Of a stretch of 64,000 nt of DNA, positions 47,522-57,284 are shown in pieces. Below the pieces are notes generated by a model, which did not search any database, had not been told where the DNA came from, and saw only the letters and a program-made list of their open reading frames with translations. The number at the start of each line of letters is the position of its first letter. The stretch's first letter is position 1. Source of the DNA: an uncultured Gemmatimonadales bacterium (GTDB lineage Bacteria; Gemmatimonadota; Gemmatimonadetes; Gemmatimonadales; GWC2-71-9); contig CAWCFX010000001.1 in assembly GCA_963795085.1 (NCBI GenBank), positions 416,001-480,000 on the forward strand, given 5' to 3'. A program made the position numbers and the translations under genes.

Positions 47522-48534
47522 GACCGTGGCCCGGCTGCCCAAGGCGGAACTTCACAATCACCTCGACGGCTCGTTGCGAGCGGAGACGCTGATCGAACTG
47601 GCGGCCGATGCCGGTGTGCACCTGCCCAGCAGCGATCCCGATGCGATCCGGCGGTTCATGCTGGTGGACGACGCCCGGAACCTGGAGGACTACCTCCGCC
47701 GTTTCGACATCACCATCGCGGTCCTGCAGAGCGCCGCGGCCATCGAGCGGGTTGCTTACGAGATGGTCGAGGATGCGGCCCGCGACAATGTCCGCTACAT
47801 CGAGGTCCGCTACTGCCCCCACCTGAGCCGGCAATCGGGACTTTCCCTGGAAGACGTGCTGGAGGCCGAACTGCGCGGGCTCCAGCGGGGCGAGCGGGAA
47901 TTCGGAGTGCGCGCGGCCGTGATCAACTGTTCCCTCCGGCACTACGATCCTGCCTTGTCCAGTGAAATCGCCGCGGTATCGGTGGAGTTTCGAGAGGCAG
48001 GGGTCGTCGCCTTTGACCTGGCCGGCGGCGAAGCCGGGCGGCCGGCGGGGGCGCACGCCGCGGCCTTCGACCTCGCCGTTCGGGGCCGGCTCGGCATCAC
48101 CGTGCACGCGGGAGAAGCCGCGGGACCGGAGTCGATTGCCGATGCGCTGGAGCGCTGCCACGCCGACCGGATCGGCCATGGCACCCGGCTCTTCGAGGAC
48201 CCGGTTCTGAAGGCCTACGTTCGCGACCGCCGGATCCCCATCGAGATCAACATTTCCAGCAACGTGCAGACCCGGGCCGTGGCCTCGGCGGCCGCTCACC
48301 CGGTGACGCTCCTATTTCGACGAGGGGCTGCTGGTCACGCTCTCGACCGACAGCTGGCTGATGAGCGGCACGACGCTGACCGACGAGTACTGGCTGGCCC
48401 ACACCGCGCTCGGGTTTACCCGGGGGGAGATCGACCGGATGATACTCAACGGATTCGAGGCGGCCTTCCTCCCCTGGCCCGAGAAAGAAGCCCTGCTGCG
48501 CCAGGTGCGCCAGGAACTGGCGGCCATACCATGA
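47508..48534 (+). pseudogene. add: Adenosine deaminase with a +1 frameshift at ~48306
   Basis: LPKAELH.HLDG, HAGE, RIGHG, SN. Removing A48306 restores HPVRSYFDEGLLVTLSTD...TL.DEY and a stop at 48534 overlapping the next ATG. May be a sequencing error. Confidence 0.85.
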
Positions 48535-49904
48535 CCGCCCTGCTCCTGCTGCAGACGGCGGCGGAACGGCTGGACCAGGCCCGGAGCGGCCTGGACACGT
48601 CGCTGCCGGATCGGCTGGTGGGGGTGCTGGGCATCGCCGTCATGCTCGCGCTGGCCTGGCTGCTCTCCTACAACCGGCGGCGCATCAGCTGGAAACTGGT
48701 CGCCATCGGGCTGGGCCTCCAGGCCATCTTCGGGGTCATCGTGCTCAAAACGCCCTGGGGCCGTGCCTTCTTTGATGCCCTGGGCCGCGCCGTCACCGGC
48801 CTGCTCGGCTTCCAGGAAATGGGCGCCCGCTTCGTATTCGGCAACCTGGTGCAGTCCCACGTACCAGTCGGCGTTCCCGGCGCCGGGGGCACACTGGACC
48901 AGACCGCCGGCATGGTCGCCAATACCGGGGCCTACTTCGCGTTCAACGTCCTCCCCACCATCATCTTCTTCTCCGCCCTGATGTCGGTCCTGTATTACCT
49001 CAACGTGATGCAACTGCTGGTCAAGGGCATCGCCTGGGTCATGCAGAAGACGCTGGGAACCTCGGGCGCCGAGACGCTTTCGGCCTCCGGCAACATCTTC
49101 CTGGGCCAGACCGAGGCGCCGCTGCTCATCAAGCCGTTCGTGCGCAGCATGACCCACTCCGAGCTGGTCACCGTGATGGTGGGCGGGTTCGCCACGGTCG
49201 CCGGCGGCGTGCTGGCGGCGTACGTCGGCATGCTGTCCGGTTTCTTCCCCAATATCGCGTCTCACCTGCTGGCGGCCAGCGTCATGAACGCACCGGCGGG
49301 GCTCTATCTCGCCAAGATCCTGATGCCGGAGACCGAAGTACCGGCGACCCGCGGGTCATTGCGCATGGAAGTCGAGAAGACCGACAAGAGCGTCATCGAA
49401 GCGGCGGCGACCGGGGCGGGGCAGGGGCTCCAGCTGGCGCTCAATGTCGCCGCCATGCTGATGGCCTTCGTGGCCCTGGTGGCCCTGCTGAATTTCGGCC
49501 TGCACTGGATGGGCAGTCTCTGGGGGCAGGACAACCTGAGCATGCAGTGGATGCTCGGCAAGCTGCTCCAGCCGCTGGCCTGGGTGATGGGGGTGCCCTG
49601 GGAAGACACCGCCTATGTGGGCGGGTTGATCGGGATCAAGACCAGCCTGAATGAGTTCGTGGCCTACGCCCAGTTTGCCGGCGACCTGAACACCGGCATG
49701 CCGCTGCAGCCACGCAGCGCCATCATCGTCACCTACGCGCTGCTGGGGTTCGCCAACTTCTCGTCCATCGCCATCCAGATCGGCGGGATCGGCGGGCTGG
49801 CCCCGGAGCGGCGCCCCGACATCGCCCGCTTCGGGCTGCGGGCCATGATCGCGGGCAACCTCGCGGCGTTTACCTCGGCCTGCCTGGCGGGCATGCTGAT
49901 ATGA
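48531..49904 (+). CDS. nupC: Concentrative nucleoside transporter (NupC/CNT family)
   Basis: FAF.VLP.IIFFS, NIFLGQTEAP, GFATVAGGV, K..LNEFVAY, GFAN.SSI.I. Confidence 0.93.
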   Translation: MTALLLLQTAAERLDQARSGLDTSLPDRLVGVLGIAVMLALAWLLSYNRRRISWKLVAIGLGLQAIFGVIVLKTPWGRAFFDALGRAVTGLLGFQEMGARFVFGNLVQSHVPVGVPGAGGTLDQTAGMVANTGAYFAFNVLPTIIFFSALMSVLYYLNVMQLLVKGIAWVMQKTLGTSGAETLSASGNIFLGQTEAPLLIKPFVRSMTHSELVTVMVGGFATVAGGVLAAYVGMLSGFFPNIASHLLAASVMNAPAGLYLAKILMPETEVPATRGSLRMEVEKTDKSVIEAAATGAGQGLQLALNVAAMLMAFVALVALLNFGLHWMGSLWGQDNLSMQWMLGKLLQPLAWVMGVPWEDTAYVGGLIGIKTSLNEFVAYAQFAGDLNTGMPLQPRSAIIVTYALLGFANFSSIAIQIGGIGGLAPERRPDIARFGLRAMIAGNLAAFTSACLAGMLI

Positions 49905-50761
49905 ACGGCACGGGACAGGAGCATCCCGGCACCGGCGCCGTGGAGCGGGCGACCAGCGCGGTGGCCGCGCGGCTCAAGGGCCGTTCGCCCCGGATCGCCC
50001 TGGTCCTCGGCTCGGGTCTCGGTTTCCTCAAGGACAAGGTGGAGTCGGCAGTCCGGATTCCGTACGGCGAGATTCCCGGCTTTCCCCTGCCGACGGTACC
50101 CGGTCACGACGGCCAGCTGGTCGCCGGGACCCTGGCCGGCCGCGCCGTGCTGGTCCAGAGCGGCCGGTTCCACATGTACGAGGGTCATTCCGCCCAGACC
50201 GCCGCGCTGCCGGTGCGGGTGTTCGCCGAGCTTGGCATCGAGACTCTTCTGCTGACGAATGCGGCCGGAGGCGTGCGGCGGACCTTCGGGCCCGGCACCC
50301 TGATGCTGATCGCCGACCAGGTGAACCTTACCTTCCGGAACCCGCTGGCCGGCCCGGTCTTTCCGGGCGAAGAACGATTCCCCGATATGTCGGATCCCTA
50401 CGATCCCGGCCTTCGCACCCAGGCCCGCGCGGTCGCGCGGGAGCGGCACATCCGGCTGGAAGAGGGGGTGTACGCCGGCCTGCTGGGCCCCTGCTACGAG
50501 ACCCCGGCCGAAGTACGGATGCTGGACCGGCTCGGGGTGGACGCGGTGGGCATGTCCACCGTCGTGGAGGTAATCGCCGCGCGCGCCGGGGGCATGCGGT
50601 GTCTCGGCATCTCGACCATCACCAACCCCGCCGCCGGGCTCGGTGCCACCAAGCTCTCCCACGATGAGGTGATGCAGGCGGCGGAAGAAGTTAAAGAGGA
50701 CCTGGCGGGACTGGTCGAGGGGATTATTGGGGGCCTTCCCGGGCGGGAACCCGGTGGTTGA
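49901..50761 (+). CDS. punA: Purine nucleoside phosphorylase (trimeric type)
   Basis: LGSGLG, GRFH.YEG, TNAAGG, GP.YETPAE, VGMSTV.E, ITN. Confidence 0.95.
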   Translation: MNGTGQEHPGTGAVERATSAVAARLKGRSPRIALVLGSGLGFLKDKVESAVRIPYGEIPGFPLPTVPGHDGQLVAGTLAGRAVLVQSGRFHMYEGHSAQTAALPVRVFAELGIETLLLTNAAGGVRRTFGPGTLMLIADQVNLTFRNPLAGPVFPGEERFPDMSDPYDPGLRTQARAVARERHIRLEEGVYAGLLGPCYETPAEVRMLDRLGVDAVGMSTVVEVIAARAGGMRCLGISTITNPAAGLGATKLSHDEVMQAAEEVKEDLAGLVEGIIGGLPGREPGG

Positions 50762-51560
50762 GCGGGCCGTGCCCGGCGCCCAGCCGGGGCGCCTCGGTGA
50801 TCGCGCGGCGCACGTAATCAAGGCCTGCCTCCACCGCCCGCTCGAGGCTCTGGCCCAGCGCCAGGCCGGCGGTGATGGCCGCCGAGAGGGTGCAGCCGGT
50901 GCCGTGGGTCGCGGTGGTCTGCACTCTCGGGTGGGTGAACCGGCGCACCATCCCGGGAACCACCAGCAGGTCCACGACGTCATCCCCGGCGAGGTGGCCG
51001 CCTTTGACCAGGACCGCGCGGGCGCCCATCTCCAGCAGCCGTTGGCCGGCCGCCTGCATGGCCGCGGGATCCCGGACGGCGAGCTGCGTGAGCAGTTCCG
51101 CCTCGTCGAGGTTGGGGGTGACCAGCGCGGCCTGGGACAACAGCCGGTTTCGGAGGGCGGCGACCGCGTCCGAATCCAGCAGCCGGTCGCCCGAGGTCGC
51201 GACCATCACCGGATCCAGCACGTAGCATCGCCAGGCGTAGCCCTCAATGGCGTCGGCCACCAGCGTGACCAGCGAGGCGGTGGCCAGCATCCCGGTTTTC
51301 ACCGCCTCAGGGGGGAGATCCTCAGCCAGGGCGGCGAGCTGCGCGGAGACCACGGCCTCCGGCACCAGGTGAACGGCGTGGACGCCGACGGTGTTCTGGG
51401 CCGTAATGGCGACCACCGCCGAAGTGCCGTGGACACCGAACTGGTGAAAAGTCTTCAAGTCGGCCTGGATGCCGGCGCCGCCGCCCGAGTCGGAGCCGGC
51501 AATGGTGAGCGCGATCGGCGGCACCCCGCCCCGACGCCCCGTGCGGCCTGGTTCATTCAT
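50724..51560 (-). CDS. thiD: Hydroxymethylpyrimidine/phosphomethylpyrimidine kinase
   Basis: [39 protein letters not shown]. Confidence 0.95.
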   Translation of the reverse strand: MNEPGRTGRRGGVPPIALTIAGSDSGGGAGIQADLKTFHQFGVHGTSAVVAITAQNTVGVHAVHLVPEAVVSAQLAALAEDLPPEAVKTGMLATASLVTLVADAIEGYAWRCYVLDPVMVATSGDRLLDSDAVAALRNRLLSQAALVTPNLDEAELLTQLAVRDPAAMQAAGQRLLEMGARAVLVKGGHLAGDDVVDLLVVPGMVRRFTHPRVQTTATHGTGCTLSAAITAGLALGQSLERAVEAGLDYVRRAITEAPRLGAGHGPLNHRVPAREGPQ

Positions 51561-51588
51561 GGGCGAAACATGAACCGGTGCCAGCCCC

Positions 51589-52353
51589 ATGCCTAGCCCG
51601 TTGCAGACCATCGTCCGGGATCTCCACCGGCCCCGCGGCCGGGAACGGCGGGGCCTCACCCTCGCAGAGGGAGTGCGGCTGGTCGAAGAGGCGGTGGCGG
51701 CCGGCATCCCGATCCAGGGCGTGGTGCACGCACCCGGCCTCCGCAGGAATCCGCGTGGCGAGGCGCTGCTGGCCCGGTTGGACCAGGCCGGTGTGGCCAT
51801 GGAAACGGTGACGGACGGGGAACTCGAAAAGCTGGCGGATACCCAGCAGCCGCAGGGAATCATCGCCATCGTGACCATACCGCGGTGGAGCCTCCACGAC
51901 CTCGCGGTGGAACGGGGACCCGTGGTGGTGCTCGACGCGGTCCAGGACCCGGGGAACACCGGCACCATCGCGCGGACCGCGCTGGCCTTCGGCGCGGCCG
52001 GCATCGTCTCGCTGCCCGGGAGCGTGGAAGCCGGCAACCCGAAGGTAGTGCGGAGCAGCATGGGGGCCTGCTTCCGGCTGCCGTGGGCGGTTGCGCCGCA
52101 GGAGGCGTTCCTCGCCTGGGCGCGGGAACGGGGGATCTCCATCCTTGCGGCGGCCGTGGATGGCGAACCGGCGAGCGGGGTGAAGGTCCCCGGGCCGGTC
52201 GCCCTGGTGGTCGGCAACGAGGGCGCCGGCGTGAGCTCCGCCATCCGGGATGCGGGCCGGGTGGTGTCCATCCCGATCGCCCCGGGCGCCGAGTCGCTCA
52301 ACGTGGCGGTCGCGGCGGGTATTCTCCTCTACGAGGTCACCCGTGAACGTTGA
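51589..52353 (+). CDS. TrmH/SpoU-family RNA methyltransferase
   Basis: QDPGN.GTI.RTA, GNEG.G, ESLNVAVA. Confidence 0.93.
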   Translation: MPSPLQTIVRDLHRPRGRERRGLTLAEGVRLVEEAVAAGIPIQGVVHAPGLRRNPRGEALLARLDQAGVAMETVTDGELEKLADTQQPQGIIAIVTIPRWSLHDLAVERGPVVVLDAVQDPGNTGTIARTALAFGAAGIVSLPGSVEAGNPKVVRSSMGACFRLPWAVAPQEAFLAWARERGISILAAAVDGEPASGVKVPGPVALVVGNEGAGVSSAIRDAGRVVSIPIAPGAESLNVAVAAGILLYEVTRER

Positions 52354-53116
52354 AATGGTAGTGGTGTTCTTCTTCGCCGCCATCGGGGCCGTGGTGGGCA
52401 GCTTCCTCAACGTGTGCATCCTCCGGCTGCCGGCGGAACAGTCGGTGGTACATCCGCCGTCGCGCTGCCCGCGCTGCGGCAGCGGGGTCCGCTGGTTCGA
52501 CAATATCCCGGTCCTTTCCTGGCTGCTGCTCCGGGGCAAGTGCCGCCACTGCCGCAATCCCATCTCGGCACAATACCCGTTGATCGAGCTGGCGACAGCG
52601 GTAATCTGGGCCGGCATGGCCGGCATGTTCGGCAACGAGCTGGACGCACTGCGGGGCGCCCTCTTCCTGACCTTGCTCCTCGGCATCGCCATGACCGATG
52701 CCCGGGAGTACATCATCCCGGACGAGTTCTCGATCGGCGGGCTGCTCCTTGGGCTGGGGTTGAGCCTGGTGTATGGAATGCCCGGCCTGCGCGACGCGGC
52801 GATCGGAGCGGCGGTGGGTTTCGTGGTGCTGTGGCTGGTCGCCTGGCTGGGGAAGCGCGCCTTTCGGAAGGAGGCCATGGGTGGCGGGGACATCAAGATG
52901 ATGGCGATGGTCGGCGCGTTCGTCGGATGGAAAGGCGTATTCCTGACGATCTTTCTCGGCTCGGTGGCTGGAACCCTCATTTTCGGGCCGCTGGCGCTTA
53001 TCGGCAGGAAGAAGGACGTGCCCTTCGGCATTTTCCTCGCGCTGGGTGCGGCGATCACGTTCCTGGCGGGGGACGCGGTGCTGGAGTGGTATCGCGGCTA
53101 CCTGGCCGCGCCATGA
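52343..53116 (+). CDS. pilD: Type IV prepilin peptidase
   Basis: GSFLNV...RLP, CP.C, GKC..C, MGGGD.K, PFG.FL. Start is GTG 52343 or ATG 52355. Confidence 0.93.
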   Translation: MNVEMVVVFFFAAIGAVVGSFLNVCILRLPAEQSVVHPPSRCPRCGSGVRWFDNIPVLSWLLLRGKCRHCRNPISAQYPLIELATAVIWAGMAGMFGNELDALRGALFLTLLLGIAMTDAREYIIPDEFSIGGLLLGLGLSLVYGMPGLRDAAIGAAVGFVVLWLVAWLGKRAFRKEAMGGGDIKMMAMVGAFVGWKGVFLTIFLGSVAGTLIFGPLALIGRKKDVPFGIFLALGAAITFLAGDAVLEWYRGYLAAP

Positions 53117-54306
53117 GAATTCTCTTCCTGGCGGGCATATGCCTGGCTGGAGGCTGGCTGGCCGGGTGCCGGGGCGAGCCACCCCGGACCCGGAACGACC
53201 TGGCCAGCCTGGTGGACAGCCTCAAACCCTCGGTCGAGCGGGCGGCGGGCCTTCCCTTCAAGCAGCCGATCAAGGCCGCCGGCCGGTCGCGGGAGCAACT
53301 GCGAGCGTATCTCCTCGAGCGGCTCGACACCGATTTTCCCCCGGAGCGGCTCCGGGGCACCGAGATCGCGTACCGGCTTCTGGGGCTCCTGCCGGACACG
53401 CTCGACCTGCAGGAGTTCCTGGTGGACCTGCTGACCGAGCAAGTGGCCGGATTCTACGACCCGCGGACCTCGACCCTGTACGGCATGGAAGGAACCGACC
53501 GAACCGCGCTCTCGCTGATCATGGCGCACGAGATGGTGCACGCCCTGCAGCACCAGTATCTGCCGCTCGATTCGATCCTCCGGCCCCAGGAGGACGATGA
53601 CCGGCAGCTGGCGGCCCACGCGGTCCTCGAGGGCCAGGCCACGCTGGCCTCGCTCAAGGTTTTCCTGCCGCCCGGAGCGACCCTGCCGCCCGAACTCTGG
53701 ACCCAGGCGCGGGACCAGATGGCCGCGGCCCAGGCGAACTCGCCCCGCTTCTCCTCCGCGCCTCTCGTCATTCGCGAGCAGCTGCTCTTTCCCTACCTGG
53801 AAGGGGCGGAGTTCATGCTCTGGTGGGAGAGTTCACCGTTCCGGGACACCATGCCCTACGGTCCGCGGCTGCCCCAGTCCAGCGAGCAGGTACTCCAACC
53901 GGGCCGGTATGGCGCCGACCCGCCCCGCGCCGTTCGGTTCGGATCCGCCGATGCCGCCCTGTTCGAGAACACCATGGGGGATCTGGGCATTCGGATCCTG
54001 GCCGCCGAACTCAGCGGCAGCCGGGAGATCGCGGGGGCACTCAATATCGGGTGGGGCGGGGACCGGTTCCGGGTGTACGATACCGGGCCCGCCGGCGCGC
54101 TGGTCTGGACAATCGTGTGGGACAGCGAGGATGCGGCCACCCGGTTTCACCGGACCACCGGGGCCGCCCTCGCCGCTCCATCGCGTCCAGGGTATCGTAC
54201 CGACCTCGCCCGGCTGGCAGTGGGCGGCTTGCCGGGGACGCGTATCGTGATCGGGCCGGCGGCGTGGGAAGGCTGGGAGAGCCTGCCCGAGGCACGGTTG
54301 CCCTAG
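53113..54306 (+). CDS. Lipoprotein with an HEXXH zinc-metallopeptidase-like motif
   Basis: Lipobox LAGC, AGFYDP, AHEMVHALQ, downstream EG.A, FPY..G. ATGA overlap with pilD. Confidence 0.8.
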   Translation: MRILFLAGICLAGGWLAGCRGEPPRTRNDLASLVDSLKPSVERAAGLPFKQPIKAAGRSREQLRAYLLERLDTDFPPERLRGTEIAYRLLGLLPDTLDLQEFLVDLLTEQVAGFYDPRTSTLYGMEGTDRTALSLIMAHEMVHALQHQYLPLDSILRPQEDDDRQLAAHAVLEGQATLASLKVFLPPGATLPPELWTQARDQMAAAQANSPRFSSAPLVIREQLLFPYLEGAEFMLWWESSPFRDTMPYGPRLPQSSEQVLQPGRYGADPPRAVRFGSADAALFENTMGDLGIRILAAELSGSREIAGALNIGWGGDRFRVYDTGPAGALVWTIVWDSEDAATRFHRTTGAALAAPSRPGYRTDLARLAVGGLPGTRIVIGPAAWEGWESLPEARLP

Positions 54307-54352
54307 AGGGAGGAGCGGGCATCATCGCCCCGGGTACCGCGCTCGCCGTACT

Positions 54353-54823
54353 CTACTCGGCGGGACGCCGAGGTTGCCGCGATGAAACCGGCCGCCGTGT
54401 TTTCTGCCGCGATTGTGCTCCAGTTTCCTTACTCTTCTCCATACCCTTCTCCATTTTTCTCCGCAGGTGGGTCCGTAGTCCCCAGGTCAGCCGGGTGGCG
54501 TGATCCCGGAGCGCCTCCAGCTCGCCGTAGTCTTCCTGGTTGACCATGGCTTCATCCCGGGCCAGGATGAGGCCGGACCAGAGCCGGCCCAGTTTGCCGC
54601 AGGCTTCGACGGTTTGCTCATGGAACTCGCCGGGTACCCGGAGCGTGGCTCCCCGTTCCAGGGCTTCGGCGGCCTTGCGGGCGGAACTGCGCACCTCGTC
54701 GCCCAGGACCTCCTGGTGCTCCAGGGGCCACCCGGCAGAGACCCGAAATACAACCCGCGCCAGGTCGTGGCAGGCATGCCAGGCTTTGAGCCGCTCGTGG
54801 GGCTTGGTCCGGGGGGGAGTCAT
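54353..54823 (-). CDS. Divergent four-helix-bundle protein (TIGR02436 / 23S rRNA IVP / Avd-like)
   Basis: HERL.AW...H.L...V......WP.E....L....R and LARD patterns. The central SNIAEG motif is degenerate. Confidence 0.7.
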   Translation of the reverse strand: MTPPRTKPHERLKAWHACHDLARVVFRVSAGWPLEHQEVLGDEVRSSARKAAEALERGATLRVPGEFHEQTVEACGKLGRLWSGLILARDEAMVNQEDYGELEALRDHATRLTWGLRTHLRRKMEKGMEKSKETGAQSRQKTRRPVSSRQPRRPAE

Positions 54824-54964
54824 GGACCCAAGCTATGGCGCCCCAACGGGTAAGCGGTAACCAAACGAGCGCGGGCGGGATCGAAATCACTCACCGGGGA
54901 GGTTCGGAGGGCAGGGGGCACGGGCGGAAGGGCTGCGGAACGGCTCCTAACCCCAACTTGAGGC

Positions 54965-54994
54965 TTGATTTACCCCCGGTCGCCCGGCTATTTT
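54965..54994 (+). promoter_or_regulatory. Candidate sigma70 promoter giving a leaderless or near-leaderless ffh mRNA
   Basis: TTGATT-N18-TATTTT ending 8 nt before the ATG. No SD. Confidence 0.55.
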
Positions 54995-55002
54995 GCCCGG
55001 CT

Positions 55003-56340
55003 ATGTTTGACGAGCTGTCCTCCAAGCTCAACGCCGCTTTAGGCAAGTTGACGGGCCGCGGTGTCCTCTCCGAAGAAGCCGTAACGGAGGGGCTTCGCGA
55101 AATCCGTCGTGTCCTGCTGGAAGCCGACGTCAGCTTCGAGTTGACCCGTGAGTTCCTCGAGCGGGTTCGCGAAAAATCGGTGGGCCTGGCCGCGCTCAAG
55201 TCGGTGCGGCCCGGCCAGCAGATGGTCAAGATCGTCTACGACGAGCTGGTCACGCTGCTGGGCGAGAAGCAGGCGCCGATCGCGTTCGCCTCGGTGCCGC
55301 CGACCGTCATCCTGGTGGTGGGACTCCAGGGTTCGGGCAAGACGACAACCGCGGGCAAGCTGGCCCGGCGGCTCAAGCTGGAGCAGAAGGCGCCGTTTCT
55401 CATCGCGGCCGACGTCTATCGTCCGGCCGCGGTGGATCAGCTGGTGACGCTGGCGCAGCAGGTGGGCGTGGGGGTGCATGCCGAGCCCGGTGTCAGCGAC
55501 GTGGCCGGCATCGTCAAGCGGGGCATCGTGGCGGCGCAGAAGGACCGGGCCCGGTCGGTCATCGTGGACACCGCCGGCCGGCTCCAGATCGACGAGGCGA
55601 TGATGCAGGAGCTGCAGGGCCTCAAGGCGGCGGTCCGCCCCCACGAGATCCTGCTGGTGGCCGACGGGATGACCGGGCAGGACGCGGTCCGCATCGCCTC
55701 CGGCTTCCACGAGGCCCTCGGCATCACCGGCGTCGTGCTGACCAAGATGGACGGCGATGCCCGCGGGGGTGCGGCGCTTTCCATTTATGGCGTGACCCGG
55801 GCGCCCATCAAGTACGTGGGCACCGGCGAACGGCTGGACGCGCTGGAGCCGTTCCACCCGGAGCGGATGGCGGGGCGGATTCTCCAGCAGGGCGACGTAC
55901 TCACCCTGGTCGAGAAGGCCCAGGGTACCGTGGACGCGGCGGAAGCCGAGCGGCTGGCGAAAAAGGCGACCTCCAAGAAGGGGCTGGACCTGGGCGATTT
56001 CCTCACCGCCATGAAACAGATCCAGAAAATGGGTCCTCTCAAGAACGTGCTGGGAATGCTGCCGGGGGTGAACCCGGCGATGCTTTCCGCCGCCAAGGTG
56101 GACGACAAGAAAATGAAGCACGTCGAAGCGATCGTGCTCTCGATGACGCCGAAGGAGCGAGCCGACCCGGATCTGCTCAACGGGTCGCGCCGGATGCGCA
56201 TCGCCCGGGGCTCGGGCCGCACGGTCCAGGAAGTCAACCAGTTGCTGGCCCAGTTCAAGCAGATGTCGAAGTTCATGAAGAATGCGGGGAAACCGGGCAT
56301 GCGGCTGCCGATGGGCCGCGGCTTCCCCGGGATGGGATAG
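55003..56340 (+). CDS. ffh: Signal recognition particle protein
   Basis: LLEADV, GLQGSGKTT, DTAGR, TKMDGDARGGAALS, SMT..ER. Confidence 0.98.
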   Translation: MFDELSSKLNAALGKLTGRGVLSEEAVTEGLREIRRVLLEADVSFELTREFLERVREKSVGLAALKSVRPGQQMVKIVYDELVTLLGEKQAPIAFASVPPTVILVVGLQGSGKTTTAGKLARRLKLEQKAPFLIAADVYRPAAVDQLVTLAQQVGVGVHAEPGVSDVAGIVKRGIVAAQKDRARSVIVDTAGRLQIDEAMMQELQGLKAAVRPHEILLVADGMTGQDAVRIASGFHEALGITGVVLTKMDGDARGGAALSIYGVTRAPIKYVGTGERLDALEPFHPERMAGRILQQGDVLTLVEKAQGTVDAAEAERLAKKATSKKGLDLGDFLTAMKQIQKMGPLKNVLGMLPGVNPAMLSAAKVDDKKMKHVEAIVLSMTPKERADPDLLNGSRRMRIARGSGRTVQEVNQLLAQFKQMSKFMKNAGKPGMRLPMGRGFPGMG

Positions 56341-56390
56341 CGCAGCGCGCTGCACGTTTACAGGAAGCTCGCCTCAACCAGGAATCAGGC

Positions 56391-56645
56391 ATGGCAACGA
56401 GAATTCGACTTCGCCGGGTAGGCCGCAAGGGATTGGCGCTGTACCGCATCGTGGTCGCCGACCGGGAAGCTCCCCGCGACGGGCGCTTCATCGCGACGCT
56501 GGGCACTTATCAGCCCAAGCTGGAAAAGGACCAGGTGGTAGTGGACGCGGCCGCGGCCCGCGACTGGATCGCCAAGGGCGCCACCCCGACCGAGACGGTG
56601 GCGTCGCTGCTGAAGAAGGCGGGAGTCTTCGCGCAGCAGGCGTAA
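56391..56645 (+). CDS. rpsP: 30S ribosomal protein S16
   Basis: IRL.R.G.K....YRIVVAD...PRDGRFI, GA.PT.TV. Confidence 0.97.
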   Translation: MATRIRLRRVGRKGLALYRIVVADREAPRDGRFIATLGTYQPKLEKDQVVVDAAAARDWIAKGATPTETVASLLKKAGVFAQQA

Positions 56646-57167
56646 GTGCAGGGGCTGCTGGTGGTGGCCCGGCTGCGGAAGCCGCACGGGCTCAAGGGCG
56701 AGGTGGCGGTATTCCCGCTGACCGACGACCCGGAGGGCCTGTTCCGGGTGGGACGGAAGCTTGCCATGGTGGACCTGGCGGGCACCCCGGTAGGAGAGCC
56801 GGTGACCATCGAGCGGAGCCGCCCATTTCACCGGGAGTGGTTGCTCAAGTTCACGGGCCTGGACGACCGAGACGGGCTGGAGCCGCTCCGCGACCTGCTG
56901 CTGGCCGCGCCGGCGGAAGATCTCACGCCTCCCGAGGGCGACGAGGTATACCTCCACGAGTTGACCGGGTTTTCCGTGCGGGACGGCGCCGATCAGGCGC
57001 TGGGCCTGGTAACCGGGCTCTACGAAATGCCGGGCGGCCTGATGCTCGAGGTGCAGGGCCCCAAGCGGGAGTTCCTGCTGCCCTATAAGAAGGAGTTCAT
57101 CCGCGGCGTGGACCGAGCGGAACGGCGGCTGGTGGTGGAACTGCCCCAGGGGTTGCTGGACCTGTAA
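56646..57167 (+). CDS. rimM: Ribosome maturation factor RimM
   Basis: PHGLKGEV, Y.HEL.G, PRC barrel. Canonical gene order. Confidence 0.93.
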   Translation: MQGLLVVARLRKPHGLKGEVAVFPLTDDPEGLFRVGRKLAMVDLAGTPVGEPVTIERSRPFHREWLLKFTGLDDRDGLEPLRDLLLAAPAEDLTPPEGDEVYLHELTGFSVRDGADQALGLVTGLYEMPGGLMLEVQGPKREFLLPYKKEFIRGVDRAERRLVVELPQGLLDL

Positions 57168-57284
57168 CAGGCCGATGGCACGTGGCAGATGGCACCGCGA
57201 ACGGGAGCGCCGCCACAGGGCCGGACCGGGATGGAGTACCGACGATCACCGGGCCCTGAGCCATCCGCCCCAGGCCATATGCCA

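Noticed and set aside
47508..49904. Genuine adenosine deaminase-nucleoside transporter fusion (798 aa)
   Set aside because: The normal Add C-terminus is intact in another frame and ends in an ATGA overlap with nupC. The fusion arises from one extra base.
54353..54823. Diversity-generating retroelement
   Set aside because: Avd-like fold only. No reverse transcriptase and no TR/VR pair with adenine-specific mismatches.
54830..55000. SRP RNA next to ffh
   Set aside because: Only a GGAA tetranucleotide. The conserved domain IV internal loops were not recognisable.
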